Source: Candidatus Sungiibacteriota bacterium (lineage in GTDB: Bacteria > Patescibacteriota > Minisyncoccia > Sungbacterales > HO2-52-23). Taken from it: a stretch of DNA of 39,628 nt. A program made the translations under genes and the position numbers. The notes under the pieces are model-generated. The model did no database searches. It saw only the letters and a program-made list of their open reading frames with translations, and was not told the DNA's origin. Of this stretch, positions 28,073 through 36,727 are shown in pieces. The stretch is from NCBI GenBank assembly GCA_016196115.1, contig JACPYI010000022.1:1-39628 (forward strand), read 5' to 3'. Numbering within the stretch: position 1 is the stretch's first letter; each line of letters opens with the position of its first letter.

Positions 28073-29983
28073 ATGATAGATCTTCTCCACGGACTCAACG
28101 AAAAACAGCAAGAAGCGGTGCTCGCCGTAAACGGACCCGTGCTTATTCTGGCAGGGCCCGGCTCGGGCAAAACCAGAACAATCACGCATCGGATCGCGCA
28201 CTTGATTTCGACCGGCGTTCCAAGCGAGCACATTCTTGCCGTCACATTCACCAACAAGGCCGCAGGCGAGATGAGGGAAAGGGTTGCCACACTTCTGTTT
28301 CCATCTTCAAGCTTCCAGCTTCCATTTATGGGCACCTTTCACAGTTTGTGTGTGCGTATCCTTCAGGTCCACGCCCAAAAACTCGGCTATTTCCCGCGCT
28401 TTACCATTTTCGACGATGACGACGCATCCGGACTGATTAAAGAAATCATGCGCGATTTCGAGATCAATCCAAAGCAGTTTTCTCCCGGCGCAATCAGCGC
28501 CGAAATCTCGCGGCTTAAAAATGAGCTCATGACACCCGCGCATTACGCCGAAACCAATGACCTGACCAACCTATTTCCGCAAACCATCGAGAAAATCTAT
28601 GCCGAATACCAGCACCGGCTCCGCCAGTGCAATGCCATGGATTTTGACGATCTGCTCGGCAATGTCGTGCTGTTGTTTGAAAATCATCCGGATGTGCTGG
28701 CATCATATCAGGATCGTTTCCAATACATCCACGTGGACGAGTGGCAGGATACGAACCGCGTACAATATCTGCTGATCAAAGCGCTTGCCGAAAAAAGTCG
28801 GAACATCGCGGTGGTGGGAGATGATGCCCAGGCAATTTATGCATTTCGGGGCGCGGACTTTCGCAATATTCTCAATTTTGAACAGGACTGGCCCGATGCA
28901 AAAGTAATCATCCTTGACCAGAATTATCGGTCAACCCAGATCATTCTCAATGCGGCCAGCGCCGTTATCGGCCGCAACAAAAATCAACGCGAAAAACAAC
29001 TCTGGACTGAGCAGAGCGGAGGCGAGCAGATCATGCTTTCCATCACCGAGAACGAACGCACCGAGGCCGAATATCTGCTCGAAACCATGATGGAGCAGCG
29101 CACCCGCGGATATGCGCTCAAAGACATGGTGGTGCTTTATCGGACAAACGCGCAATCCCGCGTCTTTGAAGAGATGCTGCTTGAGAACAACATTCCCTAT
29201 AAAATCGTGGGCGGCGTGCGGTTTTACCAGCGCAAAGAAATAAAAGACATATTGGCATATATCCGACTACTCTTGAATGAGAAAGACATCATGTCGCTCA
29301 AGCGCATCATCAACGTGCCGCCCCGCGGAATCGGGAAAAAATCTCTGGAGTTTTACCGCAATCAAACACTGAAACCCCCCGGCAGAACAAAAACTGAAGC
29401 ACTGAATGCTTTTGACGCGCTGCTCGCAGATCTTCGCGATGTTATCCATCACCAAATCGGATCCGAATGTATAAAACATCTCGTCTCCACCATCAAGTAC
29501 CGGGAATACCTTGAAGAAACGCAGCCCCAGGCAGAGGAACGCTGGCAAAATATTCAGGAACTGGTAAGCGTTGCCAAGAGATACGATGACCTTAACCCGC
29601 CAACCGGGCTTGAAAAACTACTTGAGGATGCAGCTCTCATGGCGGAACAAGACGAGACCAATGCGCCACAGGACGCGATCAATCTCATGACCCTGCACGC
29701 CGCAAAAGGACTGGAATTTGCTGTTGTGTTTCTCGTGGGGCTTGAGGAGGGCATATTCCCCCACAGCCGAGCATTATTCAGCCCCAGCGAACTTGAAGAG
29801 GAACGCCGCCTCTGCTATGTGGGCCTGACGCGCGCCAAAGAAAAGGTCTTTCTCTCCTGCGCGCTCCGGCGCATGCACTTCGGCTCCATCCAGGCCAACA
29901 TCCCATCCCGTTTCTTGCGCGAAATTCCCGAACATCTGATCGAGATCCGCAACGAGCACGATGACGCAATTTTCATTGAGTAA
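28073..29983 (+). CDS. pcrA: ATP-dependent DNA helicase UvrD/PcrA
   Basis: AGPGSGKT, TFTNKAA, VDEWQD, VGDDAQAIYAFRGA, QNYRS, TLHAAKGLEF, EERRLCYVGLTRA. Confidence 0.93.
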   Translation: MIDLLHGLNEKQQEAVLAVNGPVLILAGPGSGKTRTITHRIAHLISTGVPSEHILAVTFTNKAAGEMRERVATLLFPSSSFQLPFMGTFHSLCVRILQVHAQKLGYFPRFTIFDDDDASGLIKEIMRDFEINPKQFSPGAISAEISRLKNELMTPAHYAETNDLTNLFPQTIEKIYAEYQHRLRQCNAMDFDDLLGNVVLLFENHPDVLASYQDRFQYIHVDEWQDTNRVQYLLIKALAEKSRNIAVVGDDAQAIYAFRGADFRNILNFEQDWPDAKVIILDQNYRSTQIILNAASAVIGRNKNQREKQLWTEQSGGEQIMLSITENERTEAEYLLETMMEQRTRGYALKDMVVLYRTNAQSRVFEEMLLENNIPYKIVGGVRFYQRKEIKDILAYIRLLLNEKDIMSLKRIINVPPRGIGKKSLEFYRNQTLKPPGRTKTEALNAFDALLADLRDVIHHQIGSECIKHLVSTIKYREYLEETQPQAEERWQNIQELVSVAKRYDDLNPPTGLEKLLEDAALMAEQDETNAPQDAINLMTLHAAKGLEFAVVFLVGLEEGIFPHSRALFSPSELEEERRLCYVGLTRAKEKVFLSCALRRMHFGSIQANIPSRFLREIPEHLIEIRNEHDDAIFIE

Positions 29984-30053
29984 AAGAATAGTAATTGCTT
30001 TTTTGCGCTTTTAAACGAAGTTTAACCAAAGCAAAAAAGTGATTGCTATTCTT
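29983..30053. terminator. long AT-rich inverted repeat after pcrA
   Basis: AAAGAATAG-TAATTGC-TTTTTTGC ... GCAAAAAA-GTGATTG-CTATTCTTT. Confidence 0.55.
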
Positions 30054-30061
30054 TATGATAG

Positions 30062-30874
30062 GTGACAACACTTCATCCAAACAAACTGCTTGGCCAGCAT
30101 TTTCTCACATGCGCGTGGGTGCTTCCGGAGATGGCGCGGGCTGCAGAACTTACGACCGACGATACGGTACTTGAGATCGGTCCCGGAACCGGCGTGCTTA
30201 CCAGATTTTTAGCTACCCAGGCCAAAAGGGTCATTGCCGTTGAAAAAGATCGCGCGTTGAGCGCTGTGTTGTCCGTTGCGCTCACGCGCGAAAAAATCGC
30301 AAACGTCGATATCGTCACGGGAGATGTTCTGCGTTTTGATTTCTCCGTTATGCCCGATAGATACAAAGTAGTGGCCAATATCCCGTATTACCTTACCTCG
30401 CGGCTTATTCGCATCCTGCTCGAGACCAAGAAAAAACCTGAAGTCATGGCGCTTACGATCCAAAAAGAGGTGGCGGAGCGGATAGTGGCACAGTGCCCGG
30501 ACATGAATATACTGGCACTTTCGGTGCACGCGTATGGCACACCCGAGATTGTGGCAGAGGTACCGGCATCATGCTTTGCTCCGCGGCCCAAAGTTGATTC
30601 GGCAATCATCAAGATCCGTGATATTTCAGATGCATTTTTCGCGCGCCGTCACATTGCTTCAAAAGATTTTTTCCGCGTTATCAGACAAGGATTTTCCTCT
30701 CGCCGCAAAATGCTTGTCAATAATTTGGAGCAGTTTGCAACAAAAAAAGATACAGGACAAGCTCTCATTTCTATCGGACATCCGGCATCGGTGCGGGCGC
30801 AGGAACTCTCTCTTGAGGAGTGGGCAAAGCTCGTCCACGATATGCACCTGCACGACCAAGATTTTCCATTCTAA
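30062..30874 (+). CDS. rsmA: 16S rRNA m6,2A dimethyltransferase
   Basis: LGQHFL, VLEIGPGTG, VANIPYY, QKEVAERI, PRPKVDS. Confidence 0.96.
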   Translation: MTTLHPNKLLGQHFLTCAWVLPEMARAAELTTDDTVLEIGPGTGVLTRFLATQAKRVIAVEKDRALSAVLSVALTREKIANVDIVTGDVLRFDFSVMPDRYKVVANIPYYLTSRLIRILLETKKKPEVMALTIQKEVAERIVAQCPDMNILALSVHAYGTPEIVAEVPASCFAPRPKVDSAIIKIRDISDAFFARRHIASKDFFRVIRQGFSSRRKMLVNNLEQFATKKDTGQALISIGHPASVRAQELSLEEWAKLVHDMHLHDQDFPF

Positions 30875-30910
30875 ACAATCTCCTGACGATCGTCCAAAGT
30901 TTGTTTAGAA

Positions 30911-31636
30911 TCATTTTTTTGCTGACCGAATCTGATCGTACGCTTTGGTGATGCGATCACGCGAGTCCTGCATCTGCGCCGGCGTGGAGCTTGCCTGTTT
31001 TCCTTTCCATTCCACCAGCTTGAGAAGAAATTGCTCCATATCGCGGTTGTTGTTTATTTTGATGAACTCGGTATCCTTGATCACGCCCTCTTGCACCATT
31101 TGCGCTCGAAAATCGCGCAGTTGGGGGGAGACATCAAAAACGGAAAAGGCAGCGATTGCGGCCGCCTGCGATGGTGTCGGCTGTTTTGGCACGAGAATGG
31201 GGACTGAAGATGTTGCGCGGGGCAGGGGTTTGCTTGCATTCGACAATGGCCGCGACTGGGGCGTTTGGCCAGACAAAGGAGTTTGGGGCCGGGGAGTCGG
31301 CAATACCTGATTTCTCGCGCCCGGCACGAGCGATTGGCTTGGAGGCAGAGGAAGAATCGGCGGTGGGAGCGTATGCGTTTCAACCACGACGTCCGGACCA
31401 GGCGTGCCTTGAGACGCTGGCGTGCTGGGACTTCTGTTGGCGCCTGGATTGGTCGGCCTGTTCCCAAAGCCGGGCAAGTTGAGAATATCCGGAATGCGCG
31501 AGACCGTACCGGTGATACCGGGTGAAGATGGCGCTATTGCCGGGGCCCGGCCGTGCAACCCAAAAAGAACAATCCCGCCGAATACGAGCGCGCCGATAGC
31601 AATGATGATCACGATAGCAAGGGGATTGGGGTTCAT
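30911..31636 (-). CDS. membrane-anchored Pro-rich hypothetical protein
   Basis: N-terminal TM, low-complexity linker, helical C-terminus. Confidence 0.65.
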   Translation of the reverse strand: MNPNPLAIVIIIAIGALVFGGIVLFGLHGRAPAIAPSSPGITGTVSRIPDILNLPGFGNRPTNPGANRSPSTPASQGTPGPDVVVETHTLPPPILPLPPSQSLVPGARNQVLPTPRPQTPLSGQTPQSRPLSNASKPLPRATSSVPILVPKQPTPSQAAAIAAFSVFDVSPQLRDFRAQMVQEGVIKDTEFIKINNNRDMEQFLLKLVEWKGKQASSTPAQMQDSRDRITKAYDQIRSAKK

Positions 31637-31647
31637 AATAAAGGTTT

Positions 31648-32013
31648 TTAGGGAAGTCCCGAACCCACCATTAAAACATGAAATCCAGATCCTACAAATA
31701 CAGTACTAACAATACAACCCTCTGGAAGAGGAATATAGGTGCCAAGCAGGGGCACTGTAGGAATAATTGGATCATAATAACTAAACCAAATTGTCGCGGA
31801 GACCACTAAAGGGTTGAAAATCATGAGGTTGGGCGGACTAGCACCAACAGGAACTTGATAGGTTAGAAAAGCATAGACAGGAGACGCATATAGGAAACAG
31901 GGGATAGAGAGAATATTGTATCCACCAAATCCGAGCTGCGCGTGCGCCTTCTGTGGCAAGACCAAAAGCGTGATCCCTACAATAAGTACAACGATAAGGA
32001 CATATTGTTTCAT
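31648..32013 (-). CDS. small secreted hydrophobic protein
   Basis: Signal peptide ending AHA; two Cys; TG-G-TATACT 7 nt before ATG. Confidence 0.65.
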   Translation of the reverse strand: MKQYVLIVVLIVGITLLVLPQKAHAQLGFGGYNILSIPCFLYASPVYAFLTYQVPVGASPPNLMIFNPLVVSATIWFSYYDPIIPTVPLLGTYIPLPEGCIVSTVFVGSGFHVLMVGSGLP

Positions 32014-32097
32014 ATTTTCCAGTATACCACAAAGTCAAGTTATCCACAGATACTTTCATCGCCAAGACGCTAAAAATGCACTATGATAAAGGGAACT

Positions 32098-33090
32098 ATG
32101 ACGAAAGCGTACAAGTATTTTCGCTCTCACCTGAAAGCGGTGTTTGTGTTGGTTATTTTCGCATCTGTTGGTGGCGGTCTGCTCCTCTGGAACCGCAACA
32201 CAAAACAACAGAGCGCGGCTCACGGCAGCTTTGCGGTTGTTGGTAATACCATGCGCACTGAGCAGTTGAAAAAACTTCAGCAGGATAGCGACGGCGATGG
32301 ATTGCGGGATTGGGAAGAGACGTTGTATCACACCGATCCGCACAATCCCGATACCGACGGAGACGGGACCCCGGACGGAGAGGAGGTGAAGTTGGGACGC
32401 GATCCCACAAAACCCAACACATCTAAAAATCCTCGTGAGCCCAATGACTTGATGGCAACTTCAACGCCGGAAACTATACAAAACAATTCTGTACAGGATC
32501 AAAATCTTACCAAGCGCCTTGCCGAAGAAGTGGGCAAACAGATTATTGTCCAGCGCATCGCGCATCCTGATGTTCCGTTTGACCCGCAAACCGCAGGGCA
32601 GGATGTTGTTGATAACTTTATAAGTTCGGTCCCTGATGACGCCACTACGTTCGTAAATGAAAAAGATATAATGATTAGCAAGCAAGATACAAGCGACGCG
32701 ATAAAAAAATATAAGCTTGAATTAGAACGCATTGTGAAGATAGGTTTTGGTGCGTTTACCAAAGACGAGCTGGAGATCCTTAAAGAGGCGCTGGAGGCCC
32801 AAGATTATGCGAAACTTAATCAGCTTGATAAATATATTTCAGCATACGATCGCGCCATCGGGCAATTAAAAAAACTTTCGGTTCCGCCATCGTTGGCCTC
32901 GCTCCATCTTGAATATCTTAATCTCGCTGTCGCCGAAGAAACGGTGGTCAAAAAAATGCGCGGTGCCCAAAATGATACGGTGAGCGCCATGGTTGCAGCA
33001 AAACAGTATATTGCGATCCATCAAAATTTTGACACACTGTATCTCAAATTTCATCATGAATACGAGAAACATGGACTAGCAAAGAAATAA
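32098..33090 (+). CDS. membrane-anchored protein with bacterial thrombospondin-3-like Ca-binding repeats
   Basis: [31 protein letters not shown]; start could be 32083 or 32098. Confidence 0.8.
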   Translation: MTKAYKYFRSHLKAVFVLVIFASVGGGLLLWNRNTKQQSAAHGSFAVVGNTMRTEQLKKLQQDSDGDGLRDWEETLYHTDPHNPDTDGDGTPDGEEVKLGRDPTKPNTSKNPREPNDLMATSTPETIQNNSVQDQNLTKRLAEEVGKQIIVQRIAHPDVPFDPQTAGQDVVDNFISSVPDDATTFVNEKDIMISKQDTSDAIKKYKLELERIVKIGFGAFTKDELEILKEALEAQDYAKLNQLDKYISAYDRAIGQLKKLSVPPSLASLHLEYLNLAVAEETVVKKMRGAQNDTVSAMVAAKQYIAIHQNFDTLYLKFHHEYEKHGLAKK

Positions 33091-33095
33091 CCAGA

Positions 33096-35051
33096 ATGAA
33101 TCTTCGCGCTCATCTTAAAAAATCGTTAGTCGCGCCGTTCCTCATCGCTCTGATTTGCATAGGATTTGCTTTGCCTTTTTCCGCGCACGCCATCTTGGGT
33201 GTGGGAGATGTAGGTGTAACCGTCACTCTCCCTGGTTCAGTTACTAGCACCGAGACACTTACTAATCCTCAAACTTTTGGCTCAACCACGTGGCTACTTC
33301 GCTACATCGTCAACCCGCTCGCGCGGGCCGCAACGCGGGCTGTGCTTACCTCGCTTACCCAGCAGGTGGTGAATTGGGTTTCGGCAAACGGGGGAAATAA
33401 CGTCGGGTTTGTGGGCAATTTTGAGCAGACCCTTACCAATGAACTTGATAATGAGGCCGGGCAGATTTTGGACCAGTTCAAATACATTGATTTTTGCGGG
33501 GACATCGGGACGTATCTGCGGCTTAATTTGCGCGGGCCTGCGGGCGGGTTTCGCCAGAGGGCCCGATGCACCCTGACCGCGGCCGTAAAAAACGTGCAGA
33601 GTTTTTACGACAACTTCCAAAACGGCGGCTGGGAGACGTTTTTGAAAACCAACGTGGATATCCAGAACAACACGGCCGGCGCCTTTCTCATCGGGTTTGA
33701 CTACAAACTTGCGATGGAATCGCGGCGGAAAGAAGAGTTTGGGCTCAAGTACCAAAAGAGCAGCGTCCTTGGCATTACCATACCCAAAAAAATATCAAGC
33801 ACATGCATACCAACGGACTCCAGAAAAACTTTTGGAAATGACCCGAATCTTGGTAAAAGTTATTCCCGATCAGGCAGCAAGCTCTCCTCAGATGTTACCA
33901 CCAATCAGACCGAATTTGGAAGCGAGAGCTGTCTCAACACCTACGAGGAGCAGACCCCGGGCACGATTATCGAGCAGACCATCAAAGACGCGAATAAGAC
34001 CGGCATTGATTTTGGCATTAGCGCAAAGGATTTTGACGAGGCAATCGGCGCCATTATGACGGCGCTCTTGCAGCGTACCATCAGCTCGGCAGGAGGCATA
34101 TTTGGCAAGGGCTCGCCTGGGCAGGCAAATTATGGGGACCAGCTGTATAGCTACAAAGAGATCGGCCCGTCGCAGGATGCTCTGCGCTCCCGCACTGAGG
34201 CCGGTATTTTCCTTGCCTACGGAGCCACCCAGGCCATTGATGCGTCGGTGCTGGCGCTTCGCGCAGAGATTGCGGCAACCTCAACGCTCTCTGCCGCGCG
34301 CGAAAAAGAACTGAAAGAAAAAACATCTGACCTGCTTGCCAAAAAACAGGTGCTTGCCGCTGCCGAAAGCCGGATTGTTACCACCAAGCAATCATCATTC
34401 AATGCCGTTACCCAGGGTGATATTGCGGCCATTGACGGACGCATCACGCAAAGCATGAACGCTATTGAGCCCATTGCCGCCGAAGTAAAAGCATCGCCAT
34501 ACGCCTCGCCCACCGGAGACATGAAAACCGACGCGCTCAATGATCTCTCCGGCGCCCGCACCGCTGTGGCAAGCACACGACGCCTTGTCGGGCAGGCAAT
34601 TGACGAGATTGACGCGGCGCTTGGATTCTTTGCCGCGGCCAGCACGACTCGTCAAGCCGATATCGCGACCCTCCACAACTATCGCGATACGCTCTTCACG
34701 AGCATACGGGCAACGACGGCCGCCGAGTCCGGGGCGACGCAAAAACTTCTTGCGGAAGACGGCAAACTTCAAAACGAATACAATACGATCCAGAGATTTG
34801 TCACCTCAAGCGAGGCAATCGGGGAGACCGGCACCGCGATCAGTTTGATTTTGGCGGCAAACGAAGTGCGACAAAACGCCGCTACCGCGATCCAAAATAC
34901 CTTTAGTTTTCTCGACAGCATCGTGGGGCAAGCATTGGTAACCCCAGCTCCCCAGAGCCCGTCCACAGCGGCAACACCCGTAACCCCGGAAACGCCCGAA
35001 ACCCCGCCGATCCCGGCACCCATAGAATCAGGAGGCGAGCCCGGAGAATAG
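33096..35051 (+). CDS. large secreted/membrane hypothetical protein
   Basis: Signal peptide ending AHA; TQQVVNWV, NGGWETF, QTPG motifs; helical C-terminus. Confidence 0.75.
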   Translation: MNLRAHLKKSLVAPFLIALICIGFALPFSAHAILGVGDVGVTVTLPGSVTSTETLTNPQTFGSTTWLLRYIVNPLARAATRAVLTSLTQQVVNWVSANGGNNVGFVGNFEQTLTNELDNEAGQILDQFKYIDFCGDIGTYLRLNLRGPAGGFRQRARCTLTAAVKNVQSFYDNFQNGGWETFLKTNVDIQNNTAGAFLIGFDYKLAMESRRKEEFGLKYQKSSVLGITIPKKISSTCIPTDSRKTFGNDPNLGKSYSRSGSKLSSDVTTNQTEFGSESCLNTYEEQTPGTIIEQTIKDANKTGIDFGISAKDFDEAIGAIMTALLQRTISSAGGIFGKGSPGQANYGDQLYSYKEIGPSQDALRSRTEAGIFLAYGATQAIDASVLALRAEIAATSTLSAAREKELKEKTSDLLAKKQVLAAAESRIVTTKQSSFNAVTQGDIAAIDGRITQSMNAIEPIAAEVKASPYASPTGDMKTDALNDLSGARTAVASTRRLVGQAIDEIDAALGFFAAASTTRQADIATLHNYRDTLFTSIRATTAAESGATQKLLAEDGKLQNEYNTIQRFVTSSEAIGETGTAISLILAANEVRQNAATAIQNTFSFLDSIVGQALVTPAPQSPSTAATPVTPETPETPPIPAPIESGGEPGE

Positions 35052-35067
35052 GGTAATACCAAAGATC

Positions 35068-35335
35068 ATGAAAAGAGATTTTGATTGATGGAGCCCAAAA
35101 GCAAAACCGCCCCGTATACAGAGCGGCTTCGCGGTGCATAACCCACCCGACAGATTACCTCCGAACATCACCAGCGGGCTTGGTACGCGGGTATATTTTA
35201 TCCCGGCATGGTCGGGACTCGGCGTCGATCCTTTGAGCACAGTACCATACCACCCAAAGAATCCGAGCTCTGCCCCCGGTTCGGCCAGAAACAAGAGCTT
35301 GTACGAAAAAGCACCACCTACATATGTATCACAAA
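35068..35335 (+). pseudogene. decayed PemK-like cassette remnant
   Basis: MKRDFD*W resembles PemK start MEKAFDAW; TGCCCCCG..TTGTAC..ACCACC at 35271-35318 echoes 36653-36708. Confidence 0.4.
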
Positions 35336-35411
35336 CAAAAAAACCCTACTCTCCCTGCTCCTGATCGCGCTGGTGATCGCGGGGGTTTTCGGCGCGGGGC
35401 AGGAGGTGTTA
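35336..35411 (+). repeat. 76-bp signal-peptide repeat R1
   Basis: Encodes KKTLLSLLLIALVIAGVFGAGQEV; matches 36744-36819. Confidence 0.9.
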
Positions 35412-35428
35412 TCATATATGAGAAAAAC

Positions 35429-35989
35429 ATGACGCAAAAAACGCTCATTCTCAAAGGAGAGGCTGTCGTCTACATTGACTGGGCGAATGTTCACGGCTGG
35501 GAGGGATCACTCAAGTGCAAGATAGATATTGCTCACCTTTTTGCCTATTTGAAAACTTATCCGCAGACGCAGGATATACGGCTTTATTTTGGGAAAGATA
35601 TCCATCCGAAATCCGTAGCATTTCTCCAGCGCGCGCAAGAAATCGGATACACAGTCACCAGTAAAGACGTAAAATATATTCTTGAAGCGGAGATTAGCGG
35701 CCGGAAAGTATATCGCCGCAAATGCGACTTTGATATGGAAATCTGTATTGACGTACACGAGGCGCTGGCTGAAAACATCCGTGCCTTCGTTTTCTTTACC
35801 GGAGATGGCGATTTTGCTCCGTTGTATAAGAAGCTGATCCACTTACATAAACAGGTGATTGTAATCTATTCACCGGGTCATCTTGGCAGGGAGATTTGGG
35901 ATATAAAGAAGGGCGTGTTTAAGATTCAACTCAAGAATCTATTCGATAGAGAAAAATCGTCCCCCCGATTGCTCGAGGGGCGTGATTAG
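35429..35989 (+). CDS. NYN/LabA(DUF88) PIN-fold ribonuclease
   Basis: VYIDWANV, RLYFG, KCDFDMEICID, FTGDGDFAPL; start MTQKTL. Confidence 0.9.
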   Translation: MTQKTLILKGEAVVYIDWANVHGWEGSLKCKIDIAHLFAYLKTYPQTQDIRLYFGKDIHPKSVAFLQRAQEIGYTVTSKDVKYILEAEISGRKVYRRKCDFDMEICIDVHEALAENIRAFVFFTGDGDFAPLYKKLIHLHKQVIVIYSPGHLGREIWDIKKGVFKIQLKNLFDREKSSPRLLEGRD

Positions 35990-35990
35990 T
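35948..35990 (-). ncRNA. candidate antisense hairpin sRNA at NYN 3' end
   Basis: Minus strand AATCACGCCCCTCGA-GCAA-TCGGGGGGACGATTTTT, immediately downstream of the promoter at 35995-36022. Confidence 0.55.
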
Positions 35991-35994
35991 CACC

Positions 35995-36022
35995 AGTGTA
36001 GCAAATTGAAAAAGTATGTCAA
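35995..36022 (-). promoter_or_regulatory. convergent sigma70 promoter facing NYN
   Basis: TTGACA-N16-TACACT with TG extension; no credible minus-strand CDS follows. Confidence 0.7.
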
Positions 36023-36107
36023 GACCTCTGATCAGACATTTATCCCTCACTATTCTTAAACGTACCACCATACAAATGGGTGTGGAACCCAAAAGAATAG
36101 TGTGGGA

Positions 36108-36213
36108 CAAAAAAATCATCCTCTCCCTGCTCCTAATCGCCCGCCTGCGCCAAGGCTTCGGTGGACAAGCACTGGTCATTGCCGGAGTTTTTGGCACGGG
36201 GCATGGGGTGTTT
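36108..36213 (+). repeat. signal-peptide repeat R2 with 30-bp insert
   Basis: KKIILSLLLIA[RLRQGFGGQA]LVIAGVFGTGHGVF. Confidence 0.9.
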
Positions 36214-36247
36214 TGGGCGGAGCGGCGAGTTAGTGTAACATAAGATT

Positions 36248-36640
36248 ATGGAAAAAGCTTTTGACGCGTGGAATACGGAAAAGAAGATGATTCATCAACA
36301 AGAGTTGCCGCCATTTTGCTATCCACGCGAAGTATGGTGGTGTGCGCTTGGAGTAAATGTCGGCGATGAGCAGGATGGAACCGGCAAAAACTTTGACAGA
36401 CCCATTGTTGTCGTGCGCGGATTTAATGAACGTATCTTTTTGGGCATCGCGCTTACCGGCAAAAAGAAAGTGGGGGATTATTACTTTTATCTGGGGAAAA
36501 TCGCTGACAGAGACGCATCTGCTGTCCTCTCTCAAATGCGGCTCATTGACTCGAAACGGCTGGTCAAGAAGATAGCCGTGCTCGATAAAATCACGTTTGA
36601 AAACTTACAAGAAGCTCTTAAAAAAATGCTCTTTGGATAA
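36248..36640 (+). CDS. PemK/MazF-family endoribonuclease toxin
   Basis: EVWWCALGVNVGDEQDG..RPIVVV..IALT..SAVLSQMRLIDSKRLVKKI. Confidence 0.9.
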   Translation: MEKAFDAWNTEKKMIHQQELPPFCYPREVWWCALGVNVGDEQDGTGKNFDRPIVVVRGFNERIFLGIALTGKKKVGDYYFYLGKIADRDASAVLSQMRLIDSKRLVKKIAVLDKITFENLQEALKKMLFG

Positions 36641-36692
36641 TGTAAACTAATTTGCCCCCGCTTGCGCGGGGGCGAGGCCGAAGCCCTTTGTA
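36641..36692 (-). ncRNA. candidate two-hairpin sRNA convergent on pemK
   Basis: Minus strand GGC-TTCG-GCC then GCCCCCGC-GCAA-GCGGGGGC, directly after the promoter at 36698-36727. Confidence 0.6.
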
Positions 36693-36697
36693 CTCCC

Positions 36698-36727
36698 ATC
36701 ATACCACCCTCCCAAAACACATGTCAA
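36698..36727 (-). promoter_or_regulatory. convergent sigma70 promoter facing pemK
   Basis: TTGACA-N18-TATGAT with TG extension; the -35 overlaps ATG36721 of the next gene. Confidence 0.7.

Noticed and set aside
21107-32048. DnaA-type boxes (~21104-21112 minus, 28011-28019, 32040-32048) as oriC
   Set aside because: Isolated single boxes with no cluster, no dnaA/dnaN and no unwinding element; at most promoter-associated sites
35324-35428. N-terminal extension of the NYN ORF
   Set aside because: Off-frame reading of repeat R1; ATG35429 fits the family N-terminus
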